A program made the position numbers and the translations under genes. Below, one piece after another: positions 19,303 to 28,439 of a stretch of 64,000 bases of DNA. Position 1 is the stretch's first letter, and the number at the start of each line of letters is the position of its first letter. The notes beneath the pieces were generated by a model. The model saw nothing but the letters and a program-made list of their open reading frames with translations. It made no database searches and was not told the origin of the DNA. The DNA lies in the IMG/VR virus record IMGVR_UViG_3300037247_001786, positions 396,979 to 460,978 of that record; one strand, written 5' to 3'. Source of the DNA: a virus. Taxonomy: Duplodnaviria; Caudoviricetes.

Positions 19303-19522
19303 ACGGGACTTACGAGAGGGACGATCCGCGACCGGGTGGTTATCGTCCCCACTACCGGAAGGGCAAACCCGCAGTCATTTAAGCTGCGGAAAGCCCAAAT
19401 GTGGGAGTTATTGACAGATAGAGTATATCGCGATGGCGATAATGCTCACGGATAACTCCAAATACCTTGAGGAAACCGCGAGTCGGCAACAAGACGGCAA
19501 TGATGCGGTTTCCTCTTTTTTT
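19303..19522 (+). ncRNA. candidate multi-hairpin RNA / long structured 3' region
   Basis: GC-rich stems GGGACGAT/ATCGTCCC, GGAGTTAT/ATAACTCC, GAGGAAACCGC/GCGGTTTCCTC plus T run. Confidence 0.5.
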
Positions 19523-19584
19523 GCCAGAGTAGTAATTTTTCTATCTTATGATATTGTAAAGAACAATATTTTAAGGAAAATATA

Positions 19585-19842
19585 ATGCCAGAAACAATTG
19601 ACATATCAAAAGAATATCCCACTGCACTAAAAGCAGAAAAAAGACGCATAAATATCTTAATATTAAGAAATATTAACCCTATAAAACGTCTTGATGGGAA
19701 AATGGCCTGTTACTCATTAGAGTATTGTTGGCTTAGGGATTCCGAGGATATTACTTCAGTACAAGGTAGCGATTTCTCCTATTGGACTAAAGCAGAGCTT
19801 AAATGGGATGAATGTTTATTCGATCAAGTTAATCTATTTTAA
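19585..19842 (+). CDS. hypothetical protein
   Basis: AAGGA SD. Confidence 0.75.
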   Translation: MPETIDISKEYPTALKAEKRRINILILRNINPIKRLDGKMACYSLEYCWLRDSEDITSVQGSDFSYWTKAELKWDECLFDQVNLF

Positions 19843-19881
19843 TAATTTGCCAGAGTAGGAAAAAATAAGGTTTATAATATT

Positions 19882-20076
19882 ATGAGACGATTAAACAAAA
19901 AACAAAAGAGACGAATTGATAGCTGGTTCAATAAAAACTGGAAAGGTGCTGGTAGCATCGGGGGAATAGATGATCTTCCCTATGATGTATATCAAGAATT
20001 AGAAGATATGAATGACTTTGAAACAATATGGCAACATACAAACAATTATATCATGGAAAAGGCTCTAAATGCTTAA
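19882..20076 (+). CDS. small hypothetical protein, ATG at element+35
   Basis: ATG is 35 nt after hexamer 19847. Confidence 0.75.
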   Translation: MRRLNKKQKRRIDSWFNKNWKGAGSIGGIDDLPYDVYQELEDMNDFETIWQHTNNYIMEKALNA

Positions 20077-20365
20077 AATCAAAATAACTTGGAACGGCGT
20101 TATATATGACGCTAAAGTCATTAGTGATTATAAGGTCGAGATATTAGATACAGATATAAACCAAACTATTGAACTCGATCAATGCAAACATTGTGGAGTC
20201 TGGTTATCCGAAGAAGAGGGCTGTTATGGAGACGGTTATTGCGATGGATGTGCTGCAATGTGTATTCACTGCGAACTCTATCATAACGCTGCTGATATGA
20301 TACCTCCAGAAAAAGATGGAGAAGAGTATGTATGTAAAGAATGTGATAGTAAATTGCCAGAGTGA
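20069..20365 (+). CDS. Cys-rich Zn-finger protein
   Basis: four CxxC pairs; ends LPE* in element 20354. Confidence 0.75.
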   Translation: MLKIKITWNGVIYDAKVISDYKVEILDTDINQTIELDQCKHCGVWLSEEEGCYGDGYCDGCAAMCIHCELYHNAADMIPPEKDGEEYVCKECDSKLPE

Positions 20366-20650
20366 TCATTTTCTGGTCTTATAGTATTATAAAGACGACG
20401 CATTTGGTACTGCGGTTTTTTTGCTCATTGAATAGATGATACCTAATAGTCTTACTGTAACAAAGTAAAATCGAGCTTAGGAAATCGAGCTTTTAGGAGA
20501 CAATGTCGCTATTCATACATTTTTGAATCCTTCTTAAGATTAGGCGGTAGTTAATTCTACCGTCTTTTTTTCGCGAAAATAAATTGCCAGAGTAGTAAAT
20601 TTTCTATCTTATTAAGGTATAAACAACGATAACCTTTTGGAGATAGAACA

Positions 20651-21127
20651 ATGAAAACAGAATGTTTAGTAATCGTCGATATGCAGCCAGATTTTAAGTC
20701 TGCCAATGATAGAAAAACAATAGATAATGTTCTCATACAAATCGAAAAAGCAAGGGAACAAGATATTCCTATCTTTATTTTAGAATTTATAAATCATGGA
20801 CAAACATCAGAAGAGATACAAGAGGCATTGGAGGGATATTATCAAGTATGGTTTATCGCGAAAGGCGATGACGATGGGTCAAGGGAGTTAATAACTTGTA
20901 TTCAAGATAATGCGTATATTGTTAACGATTTTATCGTTTGCGGAGTTAATATATGTGCCTGTGTTTATTGGACTATTAAAGGGTTATTAAAAGATTATAA
21001 AACCAGAATAACCGTTATTAAAGATGCTTGTAATGGTAAGTGGTCACACCATATCGACAATGACCAAACTTATAATGATTATGACTTACAAGATGTTTAT
21101 ACAAGCGATAGAGTATCTCTTGTATAA
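20651..21127 (+). CDS. isochorismatase/nicotinamidase-like cysteine hydrolase
   Basis: LVIVDMQPDF, CGVNICACV..T, VIKDAC motifs. Confidence 0.85.
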   Translation: MKTECLVIVDMQPDFKSANDRKTIDNVLIQIEKAREQDIPIFILEFINHGQTSEEIQEALEGYYQVWFIAKGDDDGSRELITCIQDNAYIVNDFIVCGVNICACVYWTIKGLLKDYKTRITVIKDACNGKWSHHIDNDQTYNDYDLQDVYTSDRVSLV

Positions 21128-21191
21128 ATTGCCAGAGTAGTAAAAAATTGCTCTTATAGTATTGTAAAACAATAATATTTGGAGTAGAAAA

Positions 21192-21998
21192 ATGAGCCTA
21201 ACAATAGAAGACCTAACAATAGAAGTAACTCGTAAATGTAATATGCAATGCGAACACTGTCTAAGAGGGCCAGCACAAAGAAAAACAATATCAGACCAGC
21301 ATATCTATAAGATACTTCAATTGATAGACGACGTAGGGACACTAACTATCACTGGAGGAGAGCCGACACTTGCAATGGATTCCTTAACCCAAATACAACA
21401 CTGTGTTCAGTATAATCGAGCCGACGTTGGCAGTTTCTATATGGTCACAAATGGCAAGTCGATCAATGTTGATGCACTGGCAGAGTGGGCAAATTATATG
21501 AGATTTGCCTGCCATGATAACGAACTTTCTGGAGTGGCTTTCTCGTTTGACCAATTTCATCTAAACACTTTTAATAACCCACAACTGGACAAACAAAAAC
21601 GTAATTATTATAGATTAAAAGATATAATAGAGAATGAATATGGGATTCTCGATGAACAAGGCTTTGCGGGGTTTATACGCAAACATTCCGATGATTCTTG
21701 GGGTTACGATTCATTACTGGCGGAGGGTAGAGCCGAAGATTTTGGAGTAAGAACTAACGACCCTAAAATATTCATAGAGGACATTTGGAAAGACAATATC
21801 AACTTTTCAGATAATATACTATATCTATCTGCTAATGGTTATATTGTTTCTGACTGCAACTGGAGTTACAAGAGTATAGATAGCGATAAACAGATAAGGA
21901 TTGCTCATATTGATGACATACAAAGTCAAGATGATTTGATTGAAGCTATAAGGACATATAATAAGAGAATGACACCACTAGTCGAAGCATTAGTATAA
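21192..21998 (+). CDS. radical SAM protein
   Basis: CNMQCEHC (CxxxCxxC), TGGEP, MVTNG. Confidence 0.9.
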   Translation: MSLTIEDLTIEVTRKCNMQCEHCLRGPAQRKTISDQHIYKILQLIDDVGTLTITGGEPTLAMDSLTQIQHCVQYNRADVGSFYMVTNGKSINVDALAEWANYMRFACHDNELSGVAFSFDQFHLNTFNNPQLDKQKRNYYRLKDIIENEYGILDEQGFAGFIRKHSDDSWGYDSLLAEGRAEDFGVRTNDPKIFIEDIWKDNINFSDNILYLSANGYIVSDCNWSYKSIDSDKQIRIAHIDDIQSQDDLIEAIRTYNKRMTPLVEALV

Positions 21999-22034
21999 TT
22001 TGCCAGAGTAGTAAAAAATAGGATTTATAGTATT

Positions 22035-22193
22035 ATGAAAGAACAACAAAAACAAAAAGTATTGAGACTTCTAAATGAAGCAAATGATATTCTCACTGAC
22101 GAAATCGCTGACGACGAAGAAATCGAAACACAAGACATATTTTGTCCTCTTGGAGAGGTTATAAGTAATGTCTATGATATTGATACAGAATAA
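22035..22193 (+). CDS. small acidic protein (52 aa), ATG at element+35
   Basis: MKEQQKQK..DEIADDEEIE.. Confidence 0.65.
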   Translation: MKEQQKQKVLRLLNEANDILTDEIADDEEIETQDIFCPLGEVISNVYDIDTE

Positions 22194-22211
22194 CTTTTTG
22201 GAGATAATAAA

Positions 22212-22442
22212 ATGGCATGTATATATAAAAGTGAAACAGGCACTTGTTACCGTAGTACAAGTAAACATCATTGTAAATTAGTCAATAACACAGATTGCGA
22301 AAATTGCGATTTATGTCAAACAACAAAAATAGTTAGCGATAAAACGAGAATCCAAAGAATCATAAAAGAAAGTATAGCCTTATTGAAAGAAAAGGATATA
22401 GAAGAGGCAATGCGTATTCTGAATAAGGCTATGGAAATATAA
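22212..22442 (+). CDS. small Cys-rich protein
   Basis: GGAG SD. Confidence 0.7.
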   Translation: MACIYKSETGTCYRSTSKHHCKLVNNTDCENCDLCQTTKIVSDKTRIQRIIKESIALLKEKDIEEAMRILNKAMEI

Positions 22443-22463
22443 ACTTTAATTGGAGATAATAAA

Positions 22464-22676
22464 ATGGCTATGGTTTTTACAGATAGGCAAACAGCGTTTA
22501 TAGAACAAGGAATGTCTACAATAGAAGCATCTCTTGAAAAAGATTGCGATAAAATAGATATAGTGATGCAAGAAGGTACTGAACAAAAAAGTACTATATC
22601 TCTTGATTGGGAACATGCCGACCAACTCGGAAATTGGCTTATCGCCAGAGCAAAAGAAATGAGACTAGCCCAATAA
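22464..22676 (+). CDS. small hypothetical protein
   Basis: stop abuts element 22677. Confidence 0.75.
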   Translation: MAMVFTDRQTAFIEQGMSTIEASLEKDCDKIDIVMQEGTEQKSTISLDWEHADQLGNWLIARAKEMRLAQ

Positions 22677-22747
22677 TTGCCAGAGTGACAATTTTTCTAT
22701 CTTATAGTATTGTAAACAATAACAATAACTTTTTTGGAGAAAAGAAA

Positions 22748-22990
22748 ATGAGTGAAAAAACAGATGAACAAATAGTCGAAGCATTGAAATCTTTGGGTTA
22801 TATACCCGTTAAAGATAAGGGATATTTTACCGAAGGGGTTGACGCCCAACAAGTATTGTTTTATAATCCAAAGACTAAATTGGGGTTACAGGTATGGATT
22901 GCCTCACCCGGTGATCAAGATGTTTTTGATGAATATTATATGCAAGAGGTTGACGGTCAATTTGGTACGAATGTCATAGAATCCCAATAA
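22748..22990 (+). CDS. small hypothetical protein
   Basis: GGAG SD; stop abuts element 22991. Confidence 0.75.
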   Translation: MSEKTDEQIVEALKSLGYIPVKDKGYFTEGVDAQQVLFYNPKTKLGLQVWIASPGDQDVFDEYYMQEVDGQFGTNVIESQ

Positions 22991-23061
22991 TTGCCAGAGT
23001 AGTAATTTTTCTATCTTATAGTATTGTAAACAATAACAATAACTTTTTTGGAGACTGAAAA

Positions 23062-23280
23062 ATGACAACGAAAACAAATGTAGAAGTTTCAAGCGATGCT
23101 CTTCACAGAGCCACAAAAATGGCACAACAAATGAAGCAAAATGTAGTCGTCTTTAAGTCAAAACTCGGTAAAAAAGATACTGAATTTTGTACTGCACAAA
23201 AAGTATGGGACGATTCAGAAGAGAAACAAGATGTAGAATTCCTCGCAATTATCGACGCAAATGGCAATTACGTCGATTAA
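23062..23280 (+). CDS. small hypothetical protein
   Basis: GGAG SD. Confidence 0.75.
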   Translation: MTTKTNVEVSSDALHRATKMAQQMKQNVVVFKSKLGKKDTEFCTAQKVWDDSEEKQDVEFLAIIDANGNYVD

Positions 23281-23635
23281 CGATATAGATTCGTCCCAAT
23301 AGGCCAATGCAGGTATCAAATGTCTGGAAGCCTGGCGGGGCGTCTTATTTTTTGCCAGAGTAGTAAAAAACAACTCTTATAGTATTAACAAGGGTAAAAC
23401 CCATTATATAAAATAATTTTAACTGTTAGCCCGAAAGGATGGTGTACTCTGTTTTAATGTAAAAAAATAGATTCTTAATTAAATTGATTGTTTGTCGGTA
23501 TTGCATAACCGTCATATAGGGCAAATCTGGCGGGGTTCAGGTTTGCTCTTTTTTCGCGAAAATAAATTGCCAGAGTGACAAAAAAACTGTCTTATAAAGG
23601 TATAAACAACAATAATACTTTTTGGAGATAAGAAA

Positions 23636-24007
23636 ATGACTGAACGACATAAACTATCAGCGTATATGCAAGACAGAGGTTTTGAACTCGATACAATGAC
23701 ATCAATGACAGCAGGCACAACCTCTATGATAGGACACCACCGAGTAACAGAGTATGGTGAACATAACATCATAAGTGGTATCCGTTTTGTCAACTTCTCT
23801 GGCGTCGATACAAAAGAAGGCGATCTGGGGTGCGTTACTCTGTATTATACAGGGACAACAAGAAAAAAATACCACAGGCAATCCCATGACTCCGAAATAC
23901 TAAAGAAAGCGTTTTGTCCTAAAGACGCAGAAGAGGCAATAAAGATATATGATATATGGAAAGTCGAAACATATAATACAATACAATCATGGAAAGTTAT
24001 TATATAA
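23636..24007 (+). CDS. hypothetical protein
   Basis: GGAG SD; stop abuts element 24008. Confidence 0.8.
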   Translation: MTERHKLSAYMQDRGFELDTMTSMTAGTTSMIGHHRVTEYGEHNIISGIRFVNFSGVDTKEGDLGCVTLYYTGTTRKKYHRQSHDSEILKKAFCPKDAEEAIKIYDIWKVETYNTIQSWKVII

Positions 24008-24076
24008 TTGCCAGAGTAGTAAAAAATGGCTCTTATAGTATTGTAAAGGAAACGATAACTTTTTGGAGTAAAGAAA

Positions 24077-24556
24077 ATGACATACGGACAAATAAAACAA
24101 GATTTATCTTCTATCAATCTTGAGGGTAAAACCAAACATCAAAAAGGCAATCACGAGATTTTAGTTAATTGGACTAAACCGTTCGCAGATGAAGCAGTTG
24201 TAGATCCACAAAATCTCAGAGAAATCCGTAAGCGGATAAAAAACATCAAGAAAAACATCGTAAAAATGAGCGAAATCACAAAGAGCAAAATCAACGCTCT
24301 CAATGACGGTATTTGCGATACTCTTTGTAGCCTTTACTCTCGTTGGCAAGAAGAAAAAGAATATGAGGATTGGGATGATTATATATCGGTAATGAAGAAA
24401 AAGTTCGAGACATTGATTGTCGATAATAACATGACAAACGCTGTCTATTATTCTTGCGGTAAAAGACCTTTTGGCTTGACTTTCGACTTTGAGGGTCATA
24501 GAGTAACTGTATATGCTAACTCCAGTAGTTACGGTTGGAAATCGAAACCTTTATAA
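24077..24556 (+). CDS. hypothetical protein
   Basis: GGAG SD; stop abuts element 24557. Confidence 0.8.
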   Translation: MTYGQIKQDLSSINLEGKTKHQKGNHEILVNWTKPFADEAVVDPQNLREIRKRIKNIKKNIVKMSEITKSKINALNDGICDTLCSLYSRWQEEKEYEDWDDYISVMKKKFETLIVDNNMTNAVYYSCGKRPFGLTFDFEGHRVTVYANSSSYGWKSKPL

Positions 24557-24627
24557 TTGCCAGAGTAGTAAAAAAACAACCTTATAGGGTTGTAAAGAAC
24601 AATAACAACCTTTTTGGAGATAACGAA

Positions 24628-24987
24628 ATGGTAAGACAATTAACTAAAAATCTATACGACGCTTTAATGTTTGATACTGGCCCCGGAGCGGCTGCGATAA
24701 CTGACTTCGGATTAGGACATTCAGGCAGCGAACAACATACAGTACTTCAAAGAGCTGTAAGAGCAGGAGCGACAGCAGAGGAACTCGACAAAGCCCTCGG
24801 AAATGGCGAGAGAATAGCTAAACTCGTCAAAGATTATACAGAAATCGAAACTGAATTTCATACTGCTTGGGATGACATAAGAGAGGAAACTCTAAAACAA
24901 ATCAAAGAACTTGAAATAAAAAGAGTAATAACAGATGACGAAAGACTACAATTAGATGAACTATATGAAGCTATTAAAACTCTCTAA
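24628..24987 (+). CDS. hypothetical protein
   Basis: GGAG SD. Confidence 0.8.
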   Translation: MVRQLTKNLYDALMFDTGPGAAAITDFGLGHSGSEQHTVLQRAVRAGATAEELDKALGNGERIAKLVKDYTEIETEFHTAWDDIREETLKQIKELEIKRVITDDERLQLDELYEAIKTL

Positions 24988-25102
24988 CTCCAAATGAGAG
25001 GTTATTGTTGGAACTACATTCTGGTATTGCGTAAATGCCAGAGTGTAGTTTTTTATATCTTATTAAGGTATAATCAACAATAACTTTAATCGGAGATAAA
25101 AT

Positions 25103-25306
25103 ATGTTTTGCATGTTTATCAAAGTAAATACAAAATGGTACACCAGAAATATCACAAACGTCCCAACTGCCGCCGTACACGCACACGTCGCTAACGGCGA
25201 AATGGTTATTTTTATGGATGATATAGTGGACTTCTGCTATACCATGAAAGTAAAAATGGAAGATATTACACTGATAACAAAAATGGAAGATATTCCAAGG
25301 GAATAA
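25103..25306 (+). CDS. small hypothetical protein
   Basis: CGGAG SD; stop abuts element 25307. Confidence 0.7.
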   Translation: MFCMFIKVNTKWYTRNITNVPTAAVHAHVANGEMVIFMDDIVDFCYTMKVKMEDITLITKMEDIPRE

Positions 25307-25370
25307 TTGCCAGAGTAGTAAAAAAGTGAGTTTATAGTAATGTAAACAATAACTTTTGCGGAGTAAAAAT

Positions 25371-25778
25371 ATGCGAATTATAATCGAAAATGTAAATCTA
25401 TTAAAGAAGAGAATCAAAACCTTTATTAGAGCGTCCGAATACCTGTTGAAAAACAGAAAAGAGATGTATTGGTCAAGATGGGAAATGAAGAGAGGAAAAA
25501 TCCAAAATGTCTCTTTAACCAAATCAAAAAGACGGTATAAAGAACTATGGATAAATAGATATAATGAAGTATTTTATTGTCTCGAATCCAATGACTTTAG
25601 CAAAATAGATTGGATAGAGGTCAGAGATGTCCTGTATTGGTGCGGTTTCCAAATCGAAATGAAAAACGAAAAAAGCTATAAAGCATTAAGAGAGTCCAGA
25701 AAAGATATAGTAATTGCCGTCGCTAAAAGTCCAGAACAATTTGAAGAGAATGTGAGAATACATAGCCAGTTTATCTAA
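25371..25778 (+). CDS. hypothetical basic protein
   Basis: GCGGAG SD. Confidence 0.75.
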   Translation: MRIIIENVNLLKKRIKTFIRASEYLLKNRKEMYWSRWEMKRGKIQNVSLTKSKRRYKELWINRYNEVFYCLESNDFSKIDWIEVRDVLYWCGFQIEMKNEKSYKALRESRKDIVIAVAKSPEQFEENVRIHSQFI

Positions 25779-25941
25779 AGGTTCATGGTTATCCTTAAAA
25801 CCATCGGCATCTGTTAGGGGTAAGTAGGGAGTTTATTCGACCCGAAAACCCCTCTTTTTTCGCGAAAATAATCTGCCAGAGTAGTAATTTTTCTATCTTA
25901 TTAAGGTATAATCAACAATAACTTTTTTTGGAGATAAGAAA

Positions 25942-26160
25942 ATGATAGGCGACGGAATATTTGACAATGATGCGGATATAGAACAACATCAATTAGAACA
26001 AGCTGGAAACCGCATAGCAAGCCTAAAAAGAAAAGGAATTTGCCTTCATGGACATATAAATACTACAACTCATGAATGTTATGAATGTAAAAAGACATGG
26101 ACAAGCGAAAAAGAAATGTTCGAAGAAATAGACGAGTTAGCTCTTGAATATGGGATATAG
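25942..26160 (+). CDS. small hypothetical protein
   Basis: GGAG SD; CLHG..CYEC. Confidence 0.75.
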   Translation: MIGDGIFDNDADIEQHQLEQAGNRIASLKRKGICLHGHINTTTHECYECKKTWTSEKEMFEEIDELALEYGI

Positions 26161-26234
26161 TAATCTGCCAGAGTGACAATTTTTCTATCTTATAGTATTG
26201 TAAAGAAAACAATAACTTTTTTGGAGATAAGATA

Positions 26235-26555
26235 ATGGAATTTACAGTAACCGACAAAGGGCTTAAAATCGTAATCGTTAGCGACGGAGCCAAAGCTGTA
26301 TTGCAAGAGTACCACGACGATGAAACCATAGATACAGACTCTTCAATGTACGAAATGTTCGATGATATTCTGGGAAATACAGAATTCGAGTGGATAAGTC
26401 CAGAAGAAATTGGAGCTTTAACATCGGCACCTATTATCGGTATTAAAGATGAAAATGATGTTGTTATCGAAGCGTATGGTTTTATGGATTACGCTATTGA
26501 ATCCCTGTTAGGTCAACTATTCAAATATGGCGAAGCCTTACTGATAAAAGGATAA
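26235..26555 (+). CDS. hypothetical acidic protein
   Basis: stop abuts element 26556. Confidence 0.8.
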   Translation: MEFTVTDKGLKIVIVSDGAKAVLQEYHDDETIDTDSSMYEMFDDILGNTEFEWISPEEIGALTSAPIIGIKDENDVVIEAYGFMDYAIESLLGQLFKYGEALLIKG

Positions 26556-26625
26556 TCGCCAGAGTGACAATTTTTCTATCTTATAGTATTGTAAAGAAAA
26601 CAATAACTTTTTTGGAGACTGAAAA

Positions 26626-27036
26626 ATGGCAACTTACAAAATACCAACAACCGTAAAAATAACTACACAACGCATTAAAGATATGCTCATAACTGCTCTT
26701 GAGGGAGGGAGTGACTACTGGTTGAGGGTTAGAGTAAAAGACCTTAACAGATTATCTGAACAATTCAATAACGATCGCAATATGGAAAATCTTATATTGG
26801 CTGGGGCCAGCGTACCTATTTACGATGCTGAAGGTCAAGATGGTCTTCTTGGACACTTGAGTATGTTAAATATCATAATGGCATTGTCGGCAATGGCTCA
26901 AGGCGAGAATATCAAAGAAGAGAAAAACGATAGGCTTAAAGAACATTTCGATAACTTCATCAATGAAAATGACGACGCGGAAACCGCCGATGTTATAGTA
27001 CAGATTGCAGTTATGGAAAGTGTAGTATATGGATAA
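26626..27036 (+). CDS. hypothetical phage protein
   Basis: DMLITALEGGSDYW..DDAETADVIVQ..V.YG. Confidence 0.8.
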   Translation: MATYKIPTTVKITTQRIKDMLITALEGGSDYWLRVRVKDLNRLSEQFNNDRNMENLILAGASVPIYDAEGQDGLLGHLSMLNIIMALSAMAQGENIKEEKNDRLKEHFDNFINENDDAETADVIVQIAVMESVVYG

Positions 27037-27106
27037 TCTGCCAGAGTAGTAATTTTTCTATCTTATTAAGGTATAAACAACAATAATACTTTTCGGAGAT
27101 AAGAAA

Positions 27107-27478
27107 ATGAATACTGAAAAAGTGCATATAAGCCTGATAACGTCAGGAGATACAATCTTCCACAACAACAAAGAAATGACAGTTTGCAACAAAGATATAA
27201 AACGAGGGTTTAACGGAATAACAATTTTTGGAGATAGTTACAGATTGGGAAAAGTCCCCGTTTTACGGGTTATAATGGCAAAGATAAAAAAATGTTGTTG
27301 TGGCGAAGAAGAGTTTTTACAAGTCTTGCCAGTATTCAACAAGTATAAAGTGCATTGTGTAAACTGCGGCAATAGAAGTCAAGCCATGTCAACACCTGAA
27401 AAAACAATTGAATCATGGAATACCTCAAACAGATTTAATAAGGATAACTGCCAGAGTGACAAAAAATCTATCTTATAG
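27107..27478 (+). CDS. fusion protein with C-terminal Lar-like (restriction alleviation) Zn ribbon
   Basis: KKCCCG..YKVHCVNCG....TPEKTIESWN; reads through element 27448. Confidence 0.55.
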   Translation: MNTEKVHISLITSGDTIFHNNKEMTVCNKDIKRGFNGITIFGDSYRLGKVPVLRVIMAKIKKCCCGEEEFLQVLPVFNKYKVHCVNCGNRSQAMSTPEKTIESWNTSNRFNKDNCQSDKKSIL

Positions 27479-27517
27479 TATTGTAAAGAAAACAATAACT
27501 TTTTTGGAGATAAGAAA

Positions 27518-27679
27518 ATGAATAGGATTAAAATATATTTATCAAATGGAGATTCTATTGATTTGGTGTTAATAGATGATAATAATATTGATTTTACTGA
27601 CCTTGATTCAATAGCCGAATATTTTGAATATGATGGCGATAGTAGTGAAATAATAAAAGTCGAAATGTATCTTGATTAG
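27518..27679 (+). CDS. small acidic protein (53 aa, not in track)
   Basis: GGAG SD after element leader. Confidence 0.7.
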   Translation: MNRIKIYLSNGDSIDLVLIDDNNIDFTDLDSIAEYFEYDGDSSEIIKVEMYLD

Positions 27680-27703
27680 ACTAAATTTCGCGGAGATAAT
27701 AAA

Positions 27704-27976
27704 ATGCCACAAAAAACAATAAAACTAAAAGAAGCTCTTGATTTCGCTAAAAATAATAGTTATCTCTTTGCAGTATATGAGAAACAAGATGATAATTATG
27801 TACTATTCAATGAAGCGTATATGTCAGATATTGCAGAAGATACTGATATAATAGTAAAGACAATTGGGGCAGCAACAGATTTTAACGAGTTTATAACAGC
27901 AGATAAACAATACTGTTTCAGACTCCACAATAACTTTAATGTACCAAAAATCATACCAATAATTTCGCGAGGATAA
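27704..27976 (+). CDS. hypothetical protein
   Basis: GCGGAG SD. Confidence 0.7.
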   Translation: MPQKTIKLKEALDFAKNNSYLFAVYEKQDDNYVLFNEAYMSDIAEDTDIIVKTIGAATDFNEFITADKQYCFRLHNNFNVPKIIPIISRG

Positions 27977-28112
27977 AAATGAATGAAAAAATACGAAAAA
28001 GAGTTATTATAGTTCTAATAGGTCTTATTATCTTTATATCCGGTATGAAGACCGGCATCAGTTGGAGAGATAAAGGATGGGAAAGAGCTATAAATAGTAT
28101 AAAGGTAGAGAA

Positions 28113-28361
28113 ATGATACTTTGTACCTATAAAAGATTCTATTCAAGAGACGGAAACTCTTTTCAAGAATGCGGAACAGATAAGTTCAAAACAGATAATA
28201 AAGGGGAAGCAGACCTTGTTATAAGTAATTGGAATAGAGTGGGAGGAAGAAAAAACCAATTAAATACATTTTATAGATATGAAATAGAGACAACTGAAGA
28301 TATAGATTGGAATGTATGGGACAATGAAGATATACCATATCGAAATGGGGGTATTTGGTAA
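28113..28361 (+). CDS. hypothetical protein
   Basis: stop abuts element 28363. Confidence 0.7.
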   Translation: MILCTYKRFYSRDGNSFQECGTDKFKTDNKGEADLVISNWNRVGGRKNQLNTFYRYEIETTEDIDWNVWDNEDIPYRNGGIW

Positions 28362-28439
28362 ACTGCCAGAGTGACAAAAAATTGCTCTTATAGTATTGTA
28401 AAGAACAATAATAAAAACAATATTTTAAGGAGCAGTAAA

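Noticed and set aside
19358-19396. c-di-GMP-I riboswitch-like GGGCAAACC
   Set aside because: The downstream GGGACGCAAAGCC and second tetraloop stem are missing, and the position is 3' of a gene.
17149-19522. tRNA, tmRNA or ribozyme calls for the GC-rich structured stretches
   Set aside because: No cloverleaf/TpsiC signature or hammerhead, twister or pistol core was recognisable by eye; left as unclassified ncRNA candidates.
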